Source of the DNA: Pocillopora damicornis
Lineage: Eukaryota
Direction of reading: 5' to 3'
NCBI RefSeq assembly: GCF_003704095.1
Contig: NW_020844837.1
Location: 310,001 to 374,000 of the forward strand
DNA length: 64,000 bases
The notes beneath the pieces were generated by a model. That model was given only the letters and a program-made list of their open reading frames with translations, was not told the origin of the DNA and did no database searches. The first letter of the stretch is position 1; each line of letters opens with the position of its first letter. A program made the position numbers and the translations under genes. Shown here one piece after another: positions 53,538 through 64,000 of this stretch.

Positions 53538-56500
53538 ATGTCTCATCGAAAGACAACTAAACGTAGAAGAGAATTAGCTGGAGATGATGACTTCTCCCCG
53601 TCTTTCTTCCCGCAAAAGAAGCGATCGAAATCGCAAGAACAAAATACTCAAACGAACGAAAGGCTACAGGATAATCTGTCGATGGAAGAAACTGAAACTG
53701 GTGTTAGAAGGTCATCAAGGACTCCTAAACCAAAAGTATTTGACGATGAAGAGACTGCAGTTATCAGTCGAAGTCCTGACGTAACTTTAAGTCCAAAACC
53801 AAGTGACTTTGAAATAACTCAATCAGTAGCCAGTCAGCCTTCCAATAAATCCAAATTAACTTCGCCCACAGACGACGCTCCGATTGCCAAGAAACCTAAA
53901 AAAATAAGTTCTTCAGCCACTTTTGACGAGGGCCATAAAAGAGAAACGAGACGAAGTTATCAAAGTTATCTGAAAGAAATCGAAACAGATACGGAAGTTT
54001 TCAAGGATGCTATTGTTAAGGTGGTTGAGGATCGAACACCAAAGCTCACTGAAAATATTCAGAAGGATAAAAAAGAAACAGGATCTTCAAAGACACGGAT
54101 TAAGAAAGAAACACAAGCAGATTTTTCTCCAAAAGTCAGGACATCTTCTAGAACCCCAGTTCCTAAAAGGATCTTCTCTCTGCTTGAAGAGGGAGAGAAG
54201 GAGGAGAAGAAACCAGAGGTATCTGTGATCCCAGAGGATACAATTGAGCCAGTACATATACCATCAACGTCTCCTAAAATGAGGGTCTCCTCAAGGGCTC
54301 ATCTACCAAAAAAGAGCTTTCATTTATTGGAGAAGGATGATGTTAGGGAAACAAAACAAGATGTGATAGAGAATAGCAGAACAAGAACTCCAAAAGTTCA
54401 AGGTAGCAAGAAAAGTAAATCCAAAGAGGGAAGAAATGATCAGGAACTGTTAAGGAACACACCAGAAAATTCCGATGAACCATCTCCAAAAATCAGAATT
54501 TCTTCACGAGGTCACATGCCAAAAAGAACTTTCTCACTTCTTGAAGGTGACGAGGATGACAAGAATATAGAAGAAAATAGAAATCAGTCGCCAAATACAC
54601 TCAGGGATGACAATGGTATGTCACAGACTCTTACTGAGTTCCAAATTACAACTGTAGACCTAAAGGAACCAAAGAGGCGAAGGAGTTCCAGCAATCAACA
54701 ATTAAATAAACCAAAATCATCTCCTAAGGAAGAGGTAAACTTGTTTCCAGACCGTGAAAGTGAAGTATCACTTAGCACAGCAGACAAATTAGATGTGTCT
54801 AAAAGCATCAGTGTGAGTATTCAAGAATCTGGTGAAGTGTATGTGGGAAGAAAGAAGTCAGAATATTCTAAAGATGATCAGGATAGAGGAAAGATGAATA
54901 AACGAAAGGGTAAACCTGTGAAAAAGAAGATTATGCAATCAGAAGAAGTTCAGATGGCAACATTAACAGCATTCAAAGTGAGAGCTGAATCTGACCATTG
55001 TACTGGTGAAGAAACATCATCAACTCCAAAGCCAGCCAAACCTAAAAGCACACCTAAAGTTAAACAAGCTGATAAATCGTCAACAAAGAAAGGCAGTAGT
55101 GTTGGAAAAGGAGTCATGAAGGAGGATGGTGTAGAAAACAAACTAGGATTTTCACAGAGTGATATTGTTACCAGTGATGATAATTCAGCAAGTGATTTAA
55201 ACGCTGGTGCATCAAATGTGAAAAGAAAGGGAAAGATCATGAAAAGTAGTAAACAGAAGGCTAGCAAACACAAGGATACGGTGTCTGAGGAGCTAGAGAA
55301 AGTAAAAAGTAACCATGACAGTGAAGATAAAGGACATGAACATATCATCCTAAAATTACAGCTTCCTCAATCAGAGGATGGAACAAAACATAAGAAACAT
55401 CATCATCATCATCACCATCATCATAAGCACAAACAAGCATCTAGAAATCACAAAGATGGATCACCGAAAACATCACATCACAAGAAACCTGCTGCTAAAT
55501 TACATCCTGATGGCAGTCAAACAGCCCCAGCCTCAGAGAAAAACAAGAAAAAGATTTCAATCAAATTCAAAGGCCTTTCCAATAGTAATGTAGAAATGGT
55601 GAGCAATGCCTTAGAACAAAGCAGCAATACAGTGAATTTACCTGAGCAATCAAAGGAAGGCAATAAAAAGAAAAAGAAACAAAAATTACCAAGTTCCCAG
55701 AATGAAAAGCATCTAGCATCACCATCACAAACTGAAAGTGAACATGTTAAGTTAGTCATAAAAAAAGAGAAGATTCCCACCAGCAGTAAGTCTGATGAAG
55801 TGAAGAAAAAGAAGAACACTAAACCAACAACACTGGCAGTAGACCATCAGAAAAAGAAAGGCTCTTCTAAAACAGAGAGCAAGAAAGAAACATCAGCTTC
55901 AACTTCAGCCAAAAGAATCAAGTCACCACAGGTAGGTTCATCTCGTTAAGCTCGTTAAGCTTGTTAAGCTCGTTAAGCTTATCATGTATGCTACACATGT
56001 ATGTGCATTTTATAATGTATACTATGTGTATCAATCAATATCTTTGTGGAGTGGTTTGAACCTAAGGAGGAGGGGTTACATTTGAGTATGTTGTCTGATC
56101 TTTTGGGTAGTCTTGAGAAGAACTGTTGTCGGTAGTGATGACTGATGTTTGACAACCTGAGTGGAAGTCATCATCTGACTCTGATGATGACTTTAGTCAC
56201 TAACAACAACAGTCCTTCTCAGGACCATCCTCAATCAGATAATCAGACTACATGGTCAAATCAGTATCATGATTAGAAGTCTTAAGTTTTATTGTAGAAC
56301 TGGCTCTGCAAGCAAGCAAGATGGGCACATGCTGCTTGCTCAGGGTAACCTCCTTTTGTTATCTCTGAAAAAAGGATATTGACTTTGTTCTAGTATATAT
56401 AAATGCAAAACTGTTCTATATCCAGCTCTTTTGATTTACAGTAACACTTTATGTTACTTTATGTTTTATGACTCATAATGTTATATGTACTGTTATTTAA

Positions 56501-58438
56501 TCATAAATTATCTTCATTTCTCTTTAGAAGCCCAAGGTAGTGACATCCTATCTGCTCTTCTGCAAGCAACAGCGGAAGAGAATTGCAGAGGAAAATCCTG
56601 GATTAGGTACGGTCATACTCTTTACAGCACCATATAGCTTTTTCAGAAGAATAGGGGTGTATAGTGATATCAAATTCCAGTGTAGAAGTTGTGTTTGCAC
56701 ATGTTTTGCACTTGAAGCCACTTCATATAAAATAAGTGTTATGGTTTTTGCACACTATTGAGAAGGACTTTCCACTTCCTGTTACTCAGAGTTCACAGAA
56801 ATCAGCAAGAAAGTTGGCATTGCATGGAACAACCTCAAGGATGATGAGAAGGAGGTAAAAAATTCAAGTTGTAGGTAATGTTGATTCTGTATTTCACATG
56901 ACTGTGTGTATCATTATCCTCAGGAGATTAAATTAATAGATGCAAAGTGAAGTTCTCTTTTACACAATTCCAGAGAAAGAGAAAGGTGGCTTTGAAGTCA
57001 ACATGGGTTGTGTCCTCGTGTACCGGTACACAAAGGAACGAAACATTAATGAACTGAGTCACAACTCCATGTATGGATATGAAAACAATAGGAATTCCCC
57101 CGTGTACTGGTACACCAGAACAGCCCCTCAACATGTACTGGTACAGTGCACCAGCCCAGGATCTTATATTACATGTAATTTCAGTCTTATATACTTTTTT
57201 TTTCAATGCCCATCTGCAATTCCTTGTAGTGTTGGCGGAAAAAGGCAGAAGAAGTCAAGAAATCTCTTGGACTCAGCAGCCCAAACGCTGTGTCTGTGCC
57301 CAAAGAAGGACAAGCTGAACCCATTGATTTGGCAGCCCATTTGCAGCTCTTGGGGGAGTCCTTGTGTACAGTTGGAGCCTGTCTACGAGTACAGGTAACC
57401 AGAAATTGTTGTCCTGTCTTCTTACACCAGCAGGTAGTTATGGACTTCTGTGAAAAAGTTGGGAAGAATAAAGATGAAACTATATAAATGAAACTTATAA
57501 AGATTGTATGCTTGTGATAACAATTAGGTATTATCTGTCTGTTAATTCCTTTTTTCCTTCCAAAGGACCCAGGTGAAGTTCATGGCAGCTTGTCTGTGCT
57601 ATTAGACTCAGCCCTCTGTGCCATATCCCCTTTATTGTTCCTAACATCACAAATACCTGAAATGGATGGCTGCTCCAAAAAAACCCAGGTATTGTTAAAA
57701 GGATTAACAGGAGTTTTGAAATATTTCTCCCCACACATCTGTACACTAATTTTCATGGGGTTTTTTATGACCAGCTACAAATAACCTGTGAGGTTGTTGG
57801 TTGAGAACATAAACTTTTTTAATCATAGGAATGAAATGGTTAACCTAAGCTTTTTTTTCATTCACACAACACTTGCAACATTGTCAATCCTTTGACGCTT
57901 GAGAGTGACGAGCATCTACATATAATTTCACCTTATATTATTACCTTGAATCACACTTTAATATCACAAGAATAAAGGAAATGACTTCTAATTAAGAAGA
58001 CCTTGATTATTAAACCAATTCTCCTTGTCAGCACCTTAAGAAATGTATGGAGAACAGTACGGAGAATATTCATACTGATGTCAGGTTGTAAAGGGTCAAT
58101 CTCAATAATATGCAGGACCCTACATGTAAAGTAAGATCCAGCTTACTGTTAAGTTCTCTGTAGTGCAATGGTAGATTAATGGGGCTGGAAATCTGAAGGT
58201 TTGGGGCTTAATTCCTCTTAGGAACTCAAATTTGCTTGTTTGTCCCCTGCTCGTGACAAAACAAAAACCTCTTTACTTGTCATTTTTTTGCATCTTGCTC
58301 TGATCTTATCATGAAAAAAAACTGGTAACCCTGCAAAATTTAATGTTATTTGGAAATCAAAACTTAAATATTTTACTTTTATTTTAACAGACTGAGGTGC
58401 TGGACAATCTTGCTTATGTAATGCCTGGCCTGGGATGA
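53538..58438 (+). CDS. HMGXB4: HMG-box domain protein HMGXB4 (6 exons, 2.4-kb first exon)
   Basis: Exons 53538-55931, 56528-56606, 56790-56854, 57230-57394, 57566-57688, 58391-58438. HMG box (KPKVVTSYLLFCKQQRKRIAEENPGL-EFTEISKKVGIAWNNLKDDEKE-CWRKKA) and the HMGXB4 C-terminal domain PIDLAAHLQLLGESL...GSLSVLLDSALCAISPL...LDNLAYVMPGL. Confidence 0.92.
55942..55980. repeat. 9-bp tandem repeat just inside HMGXB4 intron 1
   Basis: (CTCGTTAAG)x4 with one mismatch. Confidence 0.85.
57888..58095. mobile_element. piggyBac-type MITE family B copy (HMGXB4 intron 5)
   Basis: Homologous along its length to 20460-20658; carries the empty internal TTAA site. Confidence 0.7.
58152..58280 (+). mobile_element. 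tRNA-derived SINE remnant (second family; reverse copy at ~20680-20760)
   Basis: Degenerate A box (TAGTGCAATGGTAGA) and B-box-like segment, followed by TGTCCCCTGCTCGTGACAA. Confidence 0.5.
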
Positions 58439-60481
58439 AACAAAATCATCAAATATGCAGCATCATGTCAAGAACCATTGTAACAGTAGTAGATCGCACT
58501 GGAAGTGTGGGAGTATGGATTGAAATTGACACAGCCTAAATGCAAAGATGTGACCAGCAGCATTTTGCTTTCATTTTATTTAAAAGTTATTTGTCAGCCA
58601 TGGTTGGTTCACAGTGGGAGAAACTGGGCCAAAGGTCCTGATTTCAATACAAAGGGCTCAGTTTTTTCCAGTTATCTTTTTTAGTTTTGTTCTGCCCCTA
58701 GGACCATTATGATTGTACAATTCTGTGAATTCATCTCACACAGCAAAAAAAAAAAAAATATATATATATATATATATATGATTAAGAGATCTTTAAATTC
58801 AAAGTTGAATATGACTGTTAGTGCAAGATCTTATGAGTAAATTTTCAGCTTGTTAGAAAACTTTCCATGATAGCCAAGTATTGCAGACAGTATATGACAA
58901 TCTTTTGTAAATATAATTTTTATCGGTGCATTTGTTCAAAAAGCAACAATTCCCCATAAGATCAAAAGCTGCATGGAGATAGCACCTAATGAACACATTT
59001 TAAAACATATTTTAGTTGATATTTTTCACTTCTTTACAGTCAATATAGAGTAAAATTTCCAGTTAGCTATTGACTTTGTTTAGCAAAGCAAAAAGTGTAG
59101 ATGGGAGGACAAATTTAGGTTTCCCCTTTCCCATAACTTACTTGTAGGATTCTAAGTTACTAAAGAAGTTTTTTTCTTCAACCCACTGACACACTGTCAT
59201 GTAGTAATACTATACATTATTAACTCATTACATATTTATCACACACAGTTGTACTTTGTTATTATATTTCTCTGCCAGGGAAGCAACCTTTTCTTGTTCC
59301 ACTGCCTACTTGGTTGTTAGTCCCACACAATTCTTGATGTTGAATCACTATCCAATAGGAAAAATGTGCATTTCATTCAGATTTTCTTGATTCTGGCTTC
59401 AAATGTCCAGTGTGAAATTTACTTTAATGAGTATCTGTGCCCAGAAACACAAGTAGAGGGCAAACTTTTCTGGGTTTGGAAGAAATGAATTCCTCTAAAG
59501 AAGTTAATAGCTCTCTTTTGACTGATATTATAACAGATTATAAGAATTGACACGAAGAGAAATGCTTGACTTGACTCAAATTTTTTCTTTCAATTTCAGT
59601 TTCTTGAGAATGCTTTCTCACTAAAATTCACCAGTGTGCACCTTGAAAGGGATGCTTGTGGGTGAAATTGGGTTTGCAGAGGTAAATGTGCCTAAGGCCT
59701 TCTTGCTGGGATTTTTGGCTATTTTTTCAATCATGACCAACTGGTTCCAATCACTCTATTGTATTTTGAAAGAGAGAGTACAGCACTTTCACCTCCCTGA
59801 AGGAATCGCTGAAATATTCCTTTATCAGAACCCCATTTCCTGCTTCAATGCAGTGACTGAGTGAAATTTACACAGTGGTATTTATTTTAAAAAGTTTAGA
59901 CCAAAAAAAACACCACTCAATGGAAATTACATTTTGGCACATTAAAGGGGAAGGGGAAATATTGTGATGAAAATATTGATCTACAATCTACTTTTATGCT
60001 TGGCAAGACTCACAAATCTCACACGATGCTTTCAAAGAAAAAAAATTGATTCCGAGCACAAGCCACTGAAAAAAGAGGAATACTACTGTGGTCTACACCT
60101 AAGAGTAATATCATTTAGAAAGTCTTATGAACGGTTGAATGTTTTGGCGCCAAAAGAAGTGAAGTGAGCCTTCTTTGTTCACGTCGTTTTAATTTGTTAT
60201 GTTAATTTGAAATATATCTTTCATCCGTCTGCTATCGTCTGATTGCGGTTAACTTAAATCACTCTTTAGCTATGCTTGAGATATTTTAAGCACATGGCAT
60301 TAAACTTGTATCAAACGGATGAGTCTACAAGGGTTTGTTTTTCTTTTTTTCGGCGGCGTGCTGGAACAAGCTCCTCTCAGCTTCGAGCCTGTTCTTTCGG
60401 CACGCTTCTTCGTTGTTCCGGCGTCCTTATTTCTTTTTGAACGTCAAATTCCCCTTTGTTATATTAGAGAGAAAAACAAGC

Positions 60482-60810
60482 CACGTGTAGTAATTTGAAC
60501 TTAAAAGGATCAGGCAATGTTATGTAAATGTAGCGAAAAAAATTATTGTTCCAAGAACCCAATGTTATGTAAATTAATATTGTCGTGACGTCACTAACAA
60601 GAAAAAACTTGCAAGAAGCTATAAGATAGAGAGAATTCTCAATATTTTTTTACCAAAAGGCAGTTTCACAATTTGATAGTCTTGTAGGAAAACTTTATGG
60701 TTTTCAAATTTTAAAAAATTATCGGACAGTAGCAAACGCAATTTTGGCGGGCATTTTACAATTTATTCAGTCGTAATTGTCTTGATAAATACATTACCGA
60801 AGGCGGGAAA
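60482..60810 (+). promoter_or_regulatory. ZNF367 upstream motif cluster (E-box, two D-boxes, CRE, E2F sites)
   Basis: CACGTG 60482-60487; CAATGTTATGTAAAT twice (60515-60529, 60560-60574); TGACGTCA 60586-60593; TTTTGGCGGG 60742-60751; GGCGGGAAA 60802-60810. Confidence 0.55.
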
Positions 60811-60868
60811 TTCATTTGATCAGTTTAAAACTCCGTAGTCACCCGAGCAGAGCAGTGCTGGTTTAAAA

Positions 60869-61786
60869 ATGGCCGACTTCCTGACGATTTCCCTTCAGAA
60901 AAGTGGAATATACTTCCCTCAACCAGGATCAAAGCTATTTTCAGTGAGTAAACAGATGATCAGGCCTGTTCCAAAGCTCGAAGATGTTTCTGAACAATTA
61001 AACTTGCCGCAGAAGCAAAGAACTTCAGTCATTGTCTGGTCACCTCCAACAACACCGACGAACGAAGTCACGCCGCCTTCTCCTCCACAAACTCCAACAA
61101 CTCCAACTGGAACAATTCTAAGCTACTCTCCGACTTCACCGAATGTTATTCCACCAAGAGGCAGACCCAGAGCGGATGTAGTAAACATTCTGATGAAGGA
61201 AGGCCAGAATTCGTATTCTTCGATCCGATGCGATGTGTGCCATCGAGTTTTCCCGCGCGAAAAGTCTCTGCAAGCTCACAGGAGAACACACAGCGGCGAA
61301 AGGCCTTACGTTTGTGATTTCCCGAACTGTGGAAAAGCTTTTGTCCAAAGTGGCCAATTGAAGACTCATCAAAGGCTACATACAGGCGAAAAACCGTTCG
61401 CTTGTTCCGCTCAAGGTTGTACCACTCGATTTACACATGCTAACCGCCATTGCAGCATTCACCCGTATGCAAGCCTGAAGCGTATCTTTACCGATATTCC
61501 GCTGAAAGAAATCTTGAAAAACGAGAATTCCGAGCCTAACGAATACAAAGCGGCTGTTTTACAATGGCTGGCTAACTACGAGCTTGATAAAGAGGAGCGA
61601 AATCCTGCAAAGGTTCAAGAGAAAGTCATGAAGCGGAAGGTAGAAAAGGAAATCGCTAGGCAGCAAGTTGTTGAAAGAAAGAAATCAAGAATTGAAGCAA
61701 GAAAGCGAATGGCTGAGGCAAAAGAAAGATGGTATGGAGCTATGGCTCTCGTAGAACTTGCTGATACTCAATTTAACTTTAATTAA
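60869..61786 (+). CDS. ZNF367: C2H2 zinc finger protein 367 (intronless, 305 aa)
   Basis: RGRPRADVV..EG..SIRCDVCHRVFPREKSLQAHRRTHSGERPY, GKAFVQSGQLKTHQRLHTGEKPF, RFTHANRHCSIHPY and C-terminal GAMALVELA are ZNF367 hallmarks. Confidence 0.95.
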   Translation: MADFLTISLQKSGIYFPQPGSKLFSVSKQMIRPVPKLEDVSEQLNLPQKQRTSVIVWSPPTTPTNEVTPPSPPQTPTTPTGTILSYSPTSPNVIPPRGRPRADVVNILMKEGQNSYSSIRCDVCHRVFPREKSLQAHRRTHSGERPYVCDFPNCGKAFVQSGQLKTHQRLHTGEKPFACSAQGCTTRFTHANRHCSIHPYASLKRIFTDIPLKEILKNENSEPNEYKAAVLQWLANYELDKEERNPAKVQEKVMKRKVEKEIARQQVVERKKSRIEARKRMAEAKERWYGAMALVELADTQFNFN

Positions 61787-64000
61787 CCAGAAACAAATCC
61801 AATTTTCGAACTTTGGTGTCATTTCACTTGATGAAATAAACATTTTGGCGCGCAAAGTTTAAATGGCTTTTATGTTATTGTACAGTGTTGCAATGTATCT
61901 GATCTGATCTGATCAATTTTTCTTTACTTTGTGAGTGAAACGTGTTCTAGTTAACTTAAAACGGATAGGTTTTACTTCAGAAGCATTGTAGCTATTTTTA
62001 CAACTGACAACTCGTGGAAAAGTACTTTCAGTATGTAAATGAGTGGTAGTTATTCAATGGTAGTAACTGAAAGTTCATCATGATTTCAAGTGTTTACCGC
62101 GTGACTTGCGAAAAGAATTAGCTGTACATAAGAAAAAGCATCGCACTTTTAGATGAGATTTACGTAAATATATTCGCTCTACATAGTTTGTAAAATTTCC
62201 TAAAATTATCCACATCATTCACGTTAGTCATTCATAGACACAAAATTTGAAAAATGAAAAACTGAGTTCCTTCATGCATTGATAAATAATTTCGGTTTTT
62301 CAGTTGAATATGTTTTCTGTAACTTTACAAGGATACAGTTTTATAAAAACAGTGGAATAAGTCTAAAGTTAACAATCTGGGTCTTTTTTAAGTGACTTAA
62401 CTTTATTCACAATAAAAAAGTTATAATAGACATACTGTGTTGTCTCTGTACAAGTAAATGATACAGCCATTTCATTTTTTTTTTCTTCCTGTAACTTGCT
62501 GATCATACTATATTTGGACATTTTCGTGATCACAATAATGTATTTCCTGTGTGAATTGTAATACAAACACTAAGTGGCTTGATAGCTGTGACAGCCTGAA
62601 CATAATTGCTCTGTCACCCCAGGTTTTTGAGTCCCCTTTTCTGAAATTTGTGTCCAACTTTACAAATCTGTTTGAAAAGATGGACTACAACACCTAATAT
62701 AAATTCATCTTCAATTTGAAAGCAGCCTCAAAAAAATTCATACAGTAGATATGAAAAGGTGACATTTCATTTTAATGCAAAATTATAGCCTCTAGCAGCC
62801 TTGAGTTCATTATTTTAAATCTAATAGTGAGAAGAAAATTGCTAGTTAAAAAACTCATTAAAACAAATATTTTCCCATGGTGATCTCAGTCAACAAACTT
62901 GATACTCCAGACATATTGTCAAGGCCCAAGGTATGGCCAATTTGCTCCATTGAGTAATGCTGATATTCCACCCAGATAGCTTCAGCAATAAATACCTAAG
63001 ATTATAACAAGTACTCCATTGGACTGCACTCTAATTAAATCATACCAACCCTCTCCCCCACCCCCACCCCCCTACCCCAAGATATCACTGACAGTGACAA
63101 GATGGCTGGATGATAATAACTGTAAATTGCCAACAGAATTTCCAGGGAAAAAAAGGTGACAGTAAAATTACTTGAAAATTTCATTTCCGAGCTTCATGCT
63201 GCTTTTTTATGGCTAAGCCACTTAATGTTCCAAAGCACACTTGACATCACTAGATAAGAACAAAAACCTATCACATTTCCAAGACCACCATGTGAGATAA
63301 GTTTCATAAAAATTATAAAAGGAAAGAACAAGGTGAACATCCAGACACCTTTGCACACAATCTTGGTCAGATAAGGATTTACTGGGAGGCAAAATGATTA
63401 CACCAAAAACAAAAATGGCCATGTTTTCTTTGCTTGAACTGTCAAAATGTACGGTGGCTGTGTTATGTGCCTCTCATGAGTGTAAAAAATGCTAGAAAAT
63501 TTATTTAAGTAGAAGTAGCTGCTGCCAGTAACAAAGCAAATGAGCCATACCCATAATCAAGCAATTTTTTTTTGGCAGTTGCAAACCTAGCGATCCTGAT
63601 GAGCATGCCACACCTGCTCACAATAACAGTCATATTCAACCGACTTAAGGTGTATCAGCTCCTTACATGTGTCCAAAAGGTATTTTTACAGCACCCTATG
63701 ACAACTAGATATAGTGCACTCTTCATCAAGTCTTCTTCAAAACATTTTCAAGTTAAAAAAAGTTGCACGTCTTCAAAGGAAGCAAAAAATATAACTTGCA
63801 AATGTGCTTGTTTAAATTTCATCATGTTTAGCACCAAAGATAGAGACTGTGGTCCAAACTGTTGCTTTTGAGTTTGCACCCAAACCTTCTCCACTGTACT
63901 TTCACTGTATTTTAAAACTTGTCAATCAGATTGAAAAAATACAACAAAAACAATAACTTGGTTTCCTCATATAAGATTAATCCACAAGATAGGTTCACAA

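Noticed and set aside
54950-55819. Antisense ORFs (132 aa, 100 aa) over HMGXB4, and similar ones over METTL4, bHLH1 and ZNF367
   Set aside because: Shadow frames of real coding exons with no independent motifs.

Overview
AT-rich, intron-rich animal genomic DNA, not prokaryotic. The compact genes, MITE/SINE families and mosaic CpG depletion look like an anthozoan cnidarian (probably a stony coral), but that taxonomic call is inference. Nine protein-coding genes can be reconstructed from GT-AG sites and protein motifs. In order: METTL4 (+, 8 exons), three intronless SCL/TAL1-family bHLH genes (-, +, +) about 7 kb apart, CWC27 (-, 15 exons), DBT (+, 12 exons), SREK1IP1 (-, 7 exons), HMGXB4 (+, 6 exons) and an intronless ZNF367 (+). 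CWC27/DBT and SREK1IP1/HMGXB4 are tight head-to-head pairs. Introns and intergenic DNA carry TTAA-flanked piggyBac-type MITEs (one nested), TA-flanked and hairpin MITEs, tRNA-derived SINEs, two 5'-truncated LINEs and Penelope-like hammerhead remnants; there are two N gaps. The most notable items are the SCL/TAL triplet (shared promoter motif, one divergent paralog), a ~175-aa insertion in the METTL4 catalytic domain, a DHRVIEG variant of the DBT active-site motif, a repeated basic motif in the HMGXB4 N-terminus, and an E-box/D-box/CRE/E2F cluster upstream of ZNF367. Exon boundaries were read by eye, and homology calls rest on recalled family sequences rather than a database search.
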